A DNA stretch of 19,341 nucleotides from Macrostomum lignano (taxonomy: Eukaryota). The DNA is taken from positions 1 to 19,341 of the forward strand of contig NIVC01001594.1 in NCBI GenBank assembly GCA_002269645.1, read 5' to 3'. Of this stretch, positions 1 to 10,656 are shown piece after piece (the stretch's first letter is position 1; the number at the start of each line of letters is the position of its first letter). A program made the translations under genes and the position numbers. A model generated the notes under the pieces. It saw only the letters and a program-made list of their open reading frames with translations. It was not told the DNA's origin and did no database searches.

Positions 1-2592
1 TAGCTTTGAAGACACTCTGAAGCATTAATGATTGCGTAGCTTTGAAGACACTCTGAAGCATTAACTGATTGCGTAGCTTTGAAGACACTCTGAGCATTAA
101 TGATTGCGTAGCTTTGAAGACACTCTGAAGCATTAATGATTGCGTAGCTTTGAAGACACTCTGAAGCATTAATGATTGCGTAGCTTTGAAGACACTCTGA
201 AGCATTAATCATTGCGTAGGCTTTGAAGACACTCTGAAGCATTAATGATTGCGTAGCTTTGAAGACACTCTGAAGCATTAATGCATTGCGTAGCTTTGAA
301 GACACTCTGAAGCATTAATCATTGCGTAGCTTTGAAGACACTCTGAAGCATTAATGATTGCGTAGCTTTGAAGACACTCTGAAGCATTTGATTGCGTAGC
401 TTTGAAGACACTCTGAAGCATTAATGATTGCGTAGCTTTGAAGACACTCTGAAGCATTAATGATTGCGTAGCTTGAAGACACTCTGAAGCATTAATGATT
501 GCGTAGCTTTGAAGACACTCTGAAGCATTAATGATGCGTAGCTTTGAAGACACTCTGAAGCATTAATCATTGCGTAGCTTTGAAGACACTCTGAAGCATT
601 AATGATTGCGTAGCTTTGAAGACACTCTGAAGCAGCAATGCGTAGCTTTGAAGACATCTCTGAAGCATTAATGATTGCGTAGCTTTGAAGACACTCTGAA
701 GCATTAATGATTGCGTAGCTTTGAAGACACTCTGAAGCATTAATGATTGCGTAGCTTTGAAGACACTCTGAAGCATTAATGATTGCGTAGCTTTGAAGAC
801 ACTCTGAAGCATTAATGATTGCGTAGCTTTGAAGACACTCTGAAGCATTAATGGCGTAGCTTTGAAGACACTCTGAAGCATTAATCATTGCGTAGCTTTG
901 AAGACACTCTGAAGCATTAATGATTGCGTAGCTTTGAAGACACTCTGAAGCATTAATGATTGCGTAGCTTTGAAGACACTCTGAAGCATTAATGATTGCG
1001 TAGCTTTGAAGACACTCTGAAGCATTAATGATTGCGTAGCTTTGAAGACACTCTGAAGCATTAATCATTGCGTAGCTTTGAAGACACTCTGAAGCATTAA
1101 TGATTGCGTAGCTTTGAAGACACTCTGAAGCATTAATGATTGCGTAGCTTTGAAGACACTCTGAAGCATTAATGATTGCGTAGCTTTGAAGACACTCTGA
1201 AGCATTAATGATTGCGTAGCTTTGAAGACACTCTGAAGCATTAATGATTGCGTAGCTTTGAAGACACTCTGAAGCATTAATGATTGCGTAGCTTTGAAGA
1301 CACTCTGAAGCATTAATGATTGCGTAGCTTTGAAGACACTCTGAAGCATTGCTGATTGCGTAGCTTTGAAGACACTCTGAAGCATTAATGATTGCGTAGC
1401 TTTGAAGACACTCTGAAGCATTAATGATTGCGTAGCTTTGAAGACACTCTGAAGCATTAATGATTGCGTAGCTTTGAAGACACTCTGAAGCATTAATGAT
1501 TGCGTAGCTTTGAAGACACTCTGAAGCATTAATGATTGCGTAGCTTTGAAGACACTCTGAAGCATTAATCATTGCGTAGCTTTGAAGACACTCTGAAGCA
1601 TTAATGATTGCGTAGCTTTGAAGACACTCTGAAGCATTAATGATTGCGTAGCTTTGAAGACACTCTGAAGCATTAATGATTGCGTAGCTTTGAAGACACT
1701 CTGAAGCATTAATCATTGCGTAGCTTTGAAGACACTCTGAAGCATTGCTGATTGCGTAGCTTTGAAGACACTCTGAAGCATTAATCATTGCGTAGCTTTG
1801 AAGACACTCTGAAGCATTAATGATTGCGTAGCTTTGAAGACACTCTGAAGCATTAATGATTGCGTAGCTTTGAAGACACTCTGAAGCATTAATGATTGCG
1901 TAGCTTTGAAGACACTCTGAAGCATTAATGATTGCGTAGCTTTGAAGACACTCTGAAGCATTAATGATTGCGTAGCTTTGAAGACACTCTGAAGCATTAA
2001 TGATTGCGTAGCTTTGAAGACACTCTGAAGCATTAATGATTGCGTAGCTTTGAAGACAATCTGAAGCATTAATGATTGCGTAGCTTTGAAGACACTCTGA
2101 AGCATTGCTGATTGCGTAGCTTTGAAGACAATCTGAAGCATTAATGATTGCGTAGCTTTGAAGACAATCTGAAGCATTAATGATTGCGTAGCTTTGAAGA
2201 CACTCTGAAGCATTAATGATTGCGTAGCTTTGAAGACAATCTGAAGCATTGCTGATTGCGTAGCTTTGAAGACACTCTGAAGCATTAATGATTGCGTAGC
2301 TTTGAAGACACTCTGAAGCATTAATGATTGCGTAGCTTTGAAGACAATCTGAAGCATTAATGAAGCATTGAAGCATGATTGCGTAGCTTTGAAGACAATC
2401 TGAAGCATTAATGATTGCGTAGCTTTGAAGACACTCTGAAGCATTAATGATTGCGTAGCTTTGAAGACACTCTGAAGCATTAATGATTGCGTAGCTTTGA
2501 AGACAATCTGAAGCATTAATGATTGCGTAGCTTTGAAGACACTCTGAAGCATTGCTGATTGCGTAGCTTTGAAGACAATCTGAAGCATTGAT
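1..2592. repeat. Tandem array of a 36-bp unit (TAGCTTTGAAGACACTCTGAAGCATTAATGATTGCG), ~72 copies, truncated by the left window edge; lies in a presumed CFAP47 intron
   Basis: Unit read directly and repeated head-to-tail without spacers; produces the 12-aa periodic ORFs INASECLQSYAI and SLMLQSVFKATQ on the minus strand; unique sequence resumes at ~2593. Confidence 0.98.
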
Positions 2593-2724
2593 TCAAAGAC
2601 ACGTGCGATAGTCACGATGTGCTAGTTTTGCTATCACCGAAACTGCAAAACACTATTATCGATTAATAACACGATAAGACACTATTGAAATGAAAAATTA
2701 TTCATTAAAACCGCAAATCTCCAG

Positions 2725-3107
2725 ACTCGGCCTCACCCGATTCGCATCGAACTCAGCTGGAGGTCGCTCTCACCGGCACCGCCCTGCCAATCCTTCTGCA
2801 AGTCTCGCCCAAGCCGGAGGTGAACTTCGGCGCTGTCCAGCTGAACAACCCAGCCGACGCGGCTTTCACGCTGGCCAACCAATCCGAGGACGGCCTACCG
2901 GTGCTTTTCGCGTTCCGCAAGATCGCCCACTTCAATGCCAGACCAGAGCGAGGTCAAATTGAGCCAGGCCGCGAGCTGCCAGTCAGCGTCACCTTCTGCC
3001 CGAGGCAGTTTGGCAACTTCGACGTCCAATTGGAGATCTGCATACTCGGCGAGGTGGCCGATGATAGGCAAGATCCGCTAACGAGACGACTCGATGTTAT
3101 CCATTCG
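2725..3107 (+). CDS. CFAP47: CFAP47 internal exon A (ASH/Ig-like repeat)
   Basis: Acceptor ctccag|2725, donor 3107|gtgagc; phase 1 in, 0 out; ..QLEVALTGTALPILLQVSPKPEVNFGAV..FRKIAHFNARPERGQIEPG..VTFCPRQFG.. Confidence 0.88.
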
Positions 3108-3303
3108 GTGAGCTCACATAGTAGAACCGTGCAGAAACATTCTCCAAACTTCAGTTTGAATTGGCGTGAAAAATGAAAGCTACTACTATTAGCCGTGTTT
3201 TTTAGTAGACAAGGTAGCTCTTGGATTATCTGTCAACCTCTTGCGGCTGTCACCTCGACTTTAACCAAATCTCAACCTCGCTTGTCACTCCCGCCCGCCA
3301 CAG

Positions 3304-3620
3304 GTGTTCATGCGCCTCTCCGGCTCCTGTCGCGTGTTCGGCACTCAGCCAGCCGGTCGCTTCAACCCCGGCATCACCCCGCTGGTGGCCAACGAAGTCG
3401 GCCTGTGCACCGACACCCGATTCGACGAGCTAAACGAACGGCCGGTGCAGCCTCCGCTGGCGGCGCTGGTGGCCCACACGGATGCCCGGCTGCATCGGCA
3501 CGCCGTCTCGGCCGACGAGGGCAGCGGCGGCGACGGCAAGCGTCGGAAACAAGCGCGCATCGCCTTCCCGAATGATCGAGCCGCCAGCCTGCGACCGTCG
3601 GAGCGGCACGTGGACTATTG
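3304..3620 (+). CDS. CFAP47: CFAP47 internal exon B
   Basis: Acceptor ccacag|3304, donor 3620|gtgagg; phase 0 in, 2 out; VFMRLSGSC..RFNPGITP..RIAFPNDRAASLRP. Confidence 0.9.
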
Positions 3621-3771
3621 GTGAGGATTGGCGCTGGGTCGTTAAAGTTCCCCTTGGACTGTCTATCCGAAGTACAGTACGCCTCGTATATTCCCAGCAG
3701 TCTAAACTTCATAAACTAAACTTCAGTAGTAGATCAGTTGCACTTAACCATCCCTCCCATACCAACTTCAG

Positions 3772-4028
3772 CACCCTGTTCACCAGAGTGAAGCGACACA
3801 ACTTCGTAGACCCGGACTATGCCTACGAAGACTCCGAAGTAGAGCGCGTCCGTCAGCACAAGCAGGGCTACGCCGATAGCCAGAGAAAGCGAACGGAGAA
3901 TCTCATTGTGTCTCAGCGGGACCGGCGATTGAAGCGGTTCGAGAATGACAGAGATATGGGCATGATTCCCGCCATGGGGATGAGGCCTGTCAAGCTGGGG
4001 CTTGAAGACCTGCGGCCTGATACGCCTC
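3772..4028 (+). CDS. CFAP47: CFAP47 internal exon C
   Basis: Acceptor cttcag|3772, donor 4028|gtgagt; phase 2 in, 1 out; TLFTRVKRHNFVDPDYAY..DRDMGMIPAMGM. Confidence 0.9.
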
Positions 4029-4061
4029 GTGAGTTGGAGGGAAGCATTGAATGGCTATGGG

Positions 4062-5240
4062 ATTTGTTTAGGTCGGGATGAGATTCCATTTATTAGCTAT
4101 GAGACTCAGTTAGGTAGATATGAGCTTAACTTAGGTGAGTATGAGATTCGGTATGACATTCAGTCACGGACTACTTAAGTATTACTAGTGGTCCTTGCAT
4201 TCAGTTAGTTAGGTAAGGGATTCGGTTGGTAGGTATGAGATTCGGTTAGGTAGGTATGAGATTCGGTTAAAGAGATTCGGTTGAGTAGGTATGAGATTCG
4301 GTTAGGTAGGTCTGAGATGCGGTTGGGTAGGTATGAGATTCGGTTAAGTAGGTCTGAGATGCGGTTATAGGGGTGAGATTCGGTTGGGTAGGTATGAGAT
4401 TCGGTTAGGTAGGTCTGAGATGCGGTTATAGGGGTGAGATTCGGTTGGGTAGGTATGAGATTCGGTTGGGTAGGTATGATATTCGATTATTCGGTTAGGT
4501 AGGTATGAGATTCGGTTGGGTAGGTATGAGATTCGGTTGGGTAGGTATGAGATTCGGTTGGGTAGCTATGAGATTCGGTTGGGTAGGTCTGAGATTCGGT
4601 TGGGTAGGTATGAGATTCGGTTGGGTAGGTCTGAGATTCGGTTGGGTAGCTATGAGATTCGGTTGGGTAGGTATGAGATTCGGTTGGGTAGGTATGAGAT
4701 TCGGTTGGGTAGGTATGAGATTCGGTTGGGTAGGTATGAGATTCGGTTGGGTAGGTCTGAGATTCGGTTGGGTAGCTATGAGATTCGGTTGGGTAGGTCT
4801 GAGATTCGGTTGGGTAGGTATGAGATTCGGTTGGGTAGGTATGAGATTCGGTTGGGTAGGTATGAGATTCGGTTGGGTAGCTATGAGATTCGGTTGGGTA
4901 GGTATGAGATTCGGTTAGGTAGGTATGAGATTCGGTTGGGTAGGTATGAGATTCGGTTGGGTAGGTCTGAGATTCGGTTGGGTAGGTATGAGATTCGGTT
5001 GGGTAGGTCTGAGATTCGTTGGGTAGGTATGAGATTCGGTTGGGTAGGTATGAGATTCGGTTGGGTAGCTATGAGATTCGGTTGGGTAGGTATGAGATTC
5101 GGTTGGGTAGCTATGAGATTCGGTTGGGTAGCTATGAGATTCGGTTGGGTACCAGGGGTAGCTATGAGATTCGGTTGGGTAGGTATGAGATTCGGTTGGG
5201 TAGGTATGAGATTCGGTTGGGTAGGTATGAGATTCAGTTT
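4062..5240. repeat. Intronic 21-bp minisatellite (TATGAGATTCGGTTGGGTAGG); near-perfect core ~4505-5235 (~35 copies) with a degenerate left flank
   Basis: Unit read directly; gives the 7-aa periodic ORFs RYEIRLG and MRFGWVG; lies inside the 4029-5708 intron. Confidence 0.97.
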
Positions 5241-5708
5241 TAAAGCTATGAAAGTTCAGCTATGTGATTTTGTATCAAATTCAACGCATTTCAGCGAATG
5301 CCAAGTTCACATATTATCATCCAGTCAGGCCAGGTTAGAGGTTCATCTAGGCTTTTGTGGATTTTTTTATTTTTACTCAAATTTTATCCATCCCTCTGCG
5401 CATAACTTTTTCACGGAATATGTATCGGATTTCACCTAAACACAATGCTATTTGTTGTATTTGTCACCAGAAGGGACTCTTGAAAATGGTTTACAATGGT
5501 CAGGAAATGAGTAGTTTGTTTACCTTTAATCAATGTTGCACAATATCGTGGGTCAGCTTGTCAACAGAAAAGTTTTTTTAATTCCCGAAATTACCCTTAC
5601 TGACTTTAGCGCATGTTTCACCTGTTTTTTATTTTTTGCTGACCAGCTCATTAAAAGCAGAAAATAGCAAAGCAGTAACCTCCTGCTATTTAATTCGGTG
5701 TTTTGCAG

Positions 5709-7125
5709 CTCCTGAGCCGCCAAACAAAGTGTTCCAACTGCTCAGCACCAAGGAGATCCAGGATGTCAAGGAGACAGCGGCCAACCAGACGGCCAAGGAC
5801 GGCCTGGGCGCGGTGCCGATGAGCCAGAAGGAGAAGGAGGAGTGCCGCATGCTGCTGCGGCCGCAAGAGCTACACCAGGTTGTCATCACCCCGGCACCAT
5901 CGATTTCGGCGTCGTCTGCCTTCGTTCCGTGGTCACCCGCGAGCTGATAGTGATGAACAACCTTGAGACGAGCATCCACCTGGTGGTGGAGATTGACTGC
6001 CGCGAGCTGCGCCACTCCAGCCCGCTCAGCCAGGTGGTGCCGCCCAAGTCCAAGGCTCTGGTGCCGCTAATCTTTGAGTCCGCCCTCCAGGGCCGATTCC
6101 AACGAAACGTCAGCTATGTGATCAACGGTAACTATCGAAATCACGTGATCGCTCTGGCCGAAGTTGTGCCCGTACAGCTTGAGCTGAGCACCCAAGAGCT
6201 CGAGGTCGTGCCATGCGAAGGCCAACCAGCTGAGGCTGGAATCCGGGGCGTCATCACCCTGTACAACCGGCTGAACCACCCGGCCGAGTTCAGCTGGGAG
6301 CCGGTGCTGAAGGAGCGCCAGCACACCGCCTTCTCAATCAGGCCCCGAGCCGGCGTGGTCGAAGCTTTCAAAGACATCGACTGCGAGGTTGTCTTTCGGC
6401 CGTCGTTCAACGCGCCAGACGAAGGCTACTTCCGATTGCACGTCGAGGGCGGAAACGATTTGAATTTAAAGTGCGTGGCCAAGTTTGGCCCCACAAACGT
6501 ACAGTTCGTCAATCGTCGCGTGATGTTTGGCTCGGTGCCGCTCAACATGACCACGGTGAAGAAGGCTGTCCTGGTGAATAATTCTCAGAACCACGCGTAC
6601 TTTCACGTGATCAACAGCAAGCCCTGGCCTGGCATGGAGCTCGAGCCGCTAAGCGGCGTTGTCCCAGTCGGCGGACAGAAAGAGATTCGAATCTCGTTTA
6701 CTCCGTCGGCTGTGTCAAAGTTCGACTGCGGCACTCGGGTCGCCATCCGCGGCTGGCGCGACCTGGAGCTGCGCATGGGCGGCACAATCCTGTCGCCGTG
6801 CGTCGACATTCCGTTAAAAGAGTTCAACTTTGATGGCGTGTACGTTGGCGCGAGCAAGTCGATCAGCTTCGAGCTGGTCAATCAAACGCAGACAGACTCG
6901 CGACTCGAGTTCGATTTGAAACGGTATCCGGACTTCTCGCTCGACTTCGGCGGTCGGGCGAGCCCAGAGGACCTGGCTAATCCTGGAGTTCACACGGTGA
7001 CGCTCCGTCCTGAGGAGACTTTAAAAGCTGTGCTCACTTTCCGGCCCAAGGAAGTGGCGTCTTACAGCTTTCTGATGCCGGTGGTAATCAACAACACTCG
7101 AGCGCCGAGTCCTGCCGCTACTCCA
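5709..7125 (+). CDS. CFAP47: CFAP47 internal exon D (several ASH/Ig-like domains); contains an apparent 1-bp deletion at 5889-5892
   Basis: Acceptor ttgcag|5709, donor 7125|gtaagt. Reads QKEKEECRMLLRPQELHQVVITP in one frame and GTIDFGVVCLRS..FSIRPRAGVVEAFKDIDCEVVFRP..FNFDGVYVG in another; the exon is exactly one base short of what the flanking phases (1 in, 0 out) require. Confidence 0.9.
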
Positions 7126-7279
7126 GTAAGTTGCTAATTCGTACAAAGTTAAGTTTGTACTGCGAGCTTGTATATATTAAAACAGAATTTGTACGACCTT
7201 ACTATCCCGCTTAAGTTGTAGATAGTGTATCGTAGTTGGAAGATTCATTATAAAATACACCAAACCATGCAAACCGTAG

Positions 7280-8730
7280 GTGCCTCCGTCGCCAGCGCCC
7301 ACCGTGAAGGACGGCATCAGCATGTCTCGCATCGACTCGGCCACGAGTAGCAGCAGCGGTCGCGTCGGCTGGACGCCTCACGTGCCCGTGGTGCAGACGC
7401 CCCGCAAGCTGGTCAAAGGCATCGCCCTGCGTCCGGTGCTGCGCCTCTCGCGTCGCGAGTTCGCCTTCCAGCTGGCGCCTGAGGCGCTCCAGGATCAACT
7501 GGACGCGCAGGTGTCGCCGACGCCACCGCCGTTGAACCAGGCGACACCGGCGAATAACCGTCTGCAGCTGCTGACACTGGAGAACACGGGAGACTCAGCC
7601 ATCACATGGGCTGTAGACCTGCCAAACAGTCAGAAGGCCCTCCGAGACTCCTGCTTCAGCCTGACTCCAATCGAGGGTACCGAAGCTGCGCCCGAGGAGG
7701 CGAGCAGCGAATCTGGACGTCGCCTTTTCGGCCGTCTCGAGCCCGCAGCCACAGTCACCCTGACCGTGCAGTTCTCACCAAGGAGCCCAGGCCAATTTAA
7801 AGCCCGTCTACCTGTGGTTATCAACGACGACTGGCAGTTCCCCTACGATCACCTGACCCTGCGAGGCGAGCTCACCTGGCCTAGCATCACTTTCGTTCCG
7901 CCGGCACTCACCCTGACGCCGTGCCCGCTGCACTCGGCCATCTCCGTGCAGTTCTCAATACTGGCTGCCAACTACGCTGCGCCCAGTCGGCTAGAATTCA
8001 CCTTGCCGCAGGTCGAAGCCGACGACGGTTCACCGATCAAACCGCTCCGCCTAGAATACATCGACGGTCGCGGACCGGATATTTTCCCGGCCACAAAAGA
8101 TCCTGACGCGAACGGTGGCGGAAGTGACGCTTCGTTGGCGCAGCTGATCGAGCTCAGGTGCCGCCTGACGTTCGAGGCCAGCACGCCGGTATCGATCAGC
8201 AAGGAGATCCTCTTCCAGGACAGCTTTGGCAACCAGACCCGACTTCCCGTCTCCGCCACCGCCGATAACTGCCTTCTGACACTCTACCCGTTCGTTTTGA
8301 AGCATCGAGAAGACTATCACATCGTGACTGAGCAAGGAAAACTACTCGAAGGTCGTCGAGCTGCTCAACAATTGCCAGCAACTGAAACTGGCGAGCCGCA
8401 GATGGTCGCCTGTCGAGCCGAGGATCTGTCGGGCCTGGCAGCTGCATCGAGCAGGCCGAGCACCACAGCGACCAGCTCCAATTTTGAAGACTCGAGCACC
8501 TCCTACGAGGAGACCCTGACAGAGTCGGCTGCATCCAACACGCCACGCGACGGCGCGGTGAACAATCCCGCGTCGAGTAGCAAAGCCACTGGGCAGTCGG
8601 GTCCGCACGTTCCCGGCATGGTTGGCAAGACCGGCAAAACCCGTTGGCCGGATCATGCCCTAACGGAGAGCAGCTCCGATGGCCTAGTGGATGAGAACTA
8701 TCACCTGGAACGGGAAGGACTGTTTTATCG
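7280..8730 (+). CDS. CFAP47: CFAP47 internal exon E
   Basis: Acceptor ccgtag|7280, donor 8730|gtgagt; phase 0 in, 2 out; VKGIALRPVLRLS..VQFSPRSPGQFKARLPVVIN..SATADNCLLTLYPF. Confidence 0.9.
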
Positions 8731-9338
8731 GTGAGTCGCTATTTTCAAATGTTGCCAGGCATTTTCTGCCAACGCTGCAAGTTAAGAAGAGTTAGTTTTG
8801 GTTAGTACCCAGCTACGAGCTAGATTTTCTGTGATAGAGGTAGCAACTCTAAGCTGCTGTAGAAATACAAGGTGTGAGTGGCAGCTCTGACAGTGTCAGT
8901 ACTTTACAACAGTGCTCGAGTACCGACTGAAAACAAATTCTTTGAAGAAAAATGTTTATATTTGAATTAGAGCCAATCGGAAATTAGATAGACTATCAGG
9001 AGACAACCCTGTTTCGGCTAGAGATTGTCATTGTTAAAGTACGCTTTTAGTTTCTAGTCAAGAGCTACGGGTAAGTTTCTAGTAGAACATTAGAAGTTTT
9101 CAGTTTTAGAAACTAATGGTAATCTGCAGCGCCCCCTGTTGATGAGCCAACAAAGAATAGAATTTTTTTAATAAAATACATGTAGCCTCTGACCTCTCAG
9201 CCTTGACGTCTCGGCAATCGTAGAAAAATACTACAGTAGGCTTGGAATAAACGTTTCTGGTGCTTTCGGTCTTAGATACTAGTCAGGGAATCTGGTCGAA
9301 CCGACAAAATCAATTGATGCTCTTCCGCCAACCCGCAG

Positions 9339-10005
9339 CGACATGCTGAGCATAGTCCAGCGCTGGTTCACCAACTACGGCTGGCCAGGCGGCCAGTTCC
9401 CCGTCACGGTGCCGAACAGCATGCGCAGCGGCCTGTCGCGGAAGCAGCAATCCGACGAGCAAGACGACAGTAGCAATCGAAAGAAGAAATCAACTACGTC
9501 GAACGACAAAGACGGTAACAAAGACGGAAACAACGCCGGTGGCAAAGGTGCCGCCCTTGACTCCGGCGGCGGTAAAAGCGAAGTGAAGACTATCTACGAC
9601 ATGATTACACACCTGTGCGGCAGGCCGGCCCCGGGCATCCCAATTAGCGCTGCTTTGCCCAGCCAGGCAGCCGAGCGGGTGAAGCAGATCTACTGGCAGC
9701 ACGCCACTCTGCTGACCTTCCTGCGCAGTCAGGGTGGCTGCTTGGCCTCAGTCCGGCCAGAGCATCTCATGGAGCCCAAGGACTACCGCTGTTGGAAGTC
9801 ACTTCAGGCTAAGAAGCCAAATTCTGCTGCAGAAGCTTCCGGCTCACCTGAGTCCATCGAAGATGACGGATTGGAGCCTTCGCCGGGTCGTCTGGTACGC
9901 GACGTTGAAGAGGCTGGACGCGATGAAGAGCTGTTCGAATGCGTTTCTAAACGGGCCTGGACAGATGTCCTGCTGCAGATACTCAAGACGCTGGTGTTGT
10001 ACAAG
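9339..10005 (+). CDS. CFAP47: CFAP47 internal exon F
   Basis: Acceptor ccgcag|9339, donor 10005|gtgagg; phase 2 in, 0 out; QRWFTNYGWPGG..GGCLASVRPEHLM..SKRAWTDVLLQILKTLVLYK. Confidence 0.92.
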
Positions 10006-10236
10006 GTGAGGATGGATATGCTTGGATCAAGGTACCTAAGTCGAATGAGAAAGTAAAAGCATTTACACGAGTAACTGTATGTAGCAGAGCTCACATATAA
10101 ATACCTTTGGTTACGTAGGTCAAAGGCGGAAAATTTTGAGTCAGATAGAAATGGATTTGATCAGTTAGGTCAATCAGTAAATATATTGGATCAGGTAGAT
10201 CAAACAAAGGAATTTTTTCTATTCTTTCTTCCCCAG

Positions 10237-10414
10237 GTGACACCGCGCAGCTTCAAGAACCTTCGCCAGCCGGACCCTCACATGCCGCTACCGAGCATCA
10301 GCCTGTCGCCATTGGCATCGAATGTGTACACGGTCAACGAGCGGATCTTGCTAGCCTGGCTGAACCATTTCTACGACAACTACAGGACAAAGATCTGGAC
10401 TGACGGAGACAAGG
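10237..10414 (+). CDS. CFAP47: CFAP47 internal exon G (start of the calponin-homology domain)
   Basis: Strong pyrimidine tract then ccccag|10237, donor 10414|gtgagc; phase 0 in, 1 out; SNVYTVNERILLAWLNHFY is a CH-domain helix A-type motif. Confidence 0.92.
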
Positions 10415-10656
10415 GTGAGCTTGAAAATCGAAAAGCCTCAAAATATCGCATCTTTCAGAATATTGGAATTATAAAAGAAATTTCACTCCGATGGCATTTT
10501 TCTAAGAGCTTTTTAAATCTTGTCAATCAATATTCATAAAACCGGTCTCTAGTGAGCTTCAAACGATTTTCTGATTTAGCGTCCTCCTTAAGCATTTGAA
10601 CACTGCAAACAATGAATTTGATCCCTACCAACACCTACCAACAATTCTTACTTCAG

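Noticed and set aside
1-2592. CRISPR array (36-bp repeat length is CRISPR-like)
   Set aside because: Units are directly adjacent with no unique spacers, there are no cas genes, and the context is a spliced eukaryotic gene.
1-2592. Transcription-factor site array (CATTAATG palindrome, ATTGCGTA) within the 36-bp unit
   Set aside because: Short motifs that any 36-mer could contain; nothing in the sequence supports function.
278-2615. Long minus-strand ORFs (up to 639 aa) of INASECLQSYAI / SLMLQSVFKATQ repeats as real proteins
   Set aside because: A 36-bp unit is a multiple of 3 and happens to lack stops in two minus frames; both frames are open, variants show no codon-position bias I can see, and indels break the frames.
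4505-5439. RYEIRLG / MRFGWVG repeat ORFs as proteins or extra CFAP47 exons
   Set aside because: By-product of a 21-bp unit; exons C and D already join in phase across this intron.
5889-5892. Programmed ribosomal frameshifting as the explanation for the frame breaks
   Set aside because: No X XXY YYZ slippery heptamer or other known recoding signal at any of the three sites; homopolymer error is simpler.
7136-7196. Short inverted repeats in introns (TCGTACAAA/TTTGTACGA here; TTAGTTTCTA/TAGAAACTAA at 9047-9116; TCAATAGCA/TGCTATTGA at ~13435-13652)
   Set aside because: Only 9-15 bp in AT-rich sequence, with no TSD or extended stem; expected by chance.
10459-10551. Possible poison cassette exon (ctttcag acceptor at 10458, gtgagc donor at 10552)
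   Set aside because: Motifs are plausible and inclusion would add a stop, but such pairs are common by chance in AT-rich introns and there is no transcript evidence.
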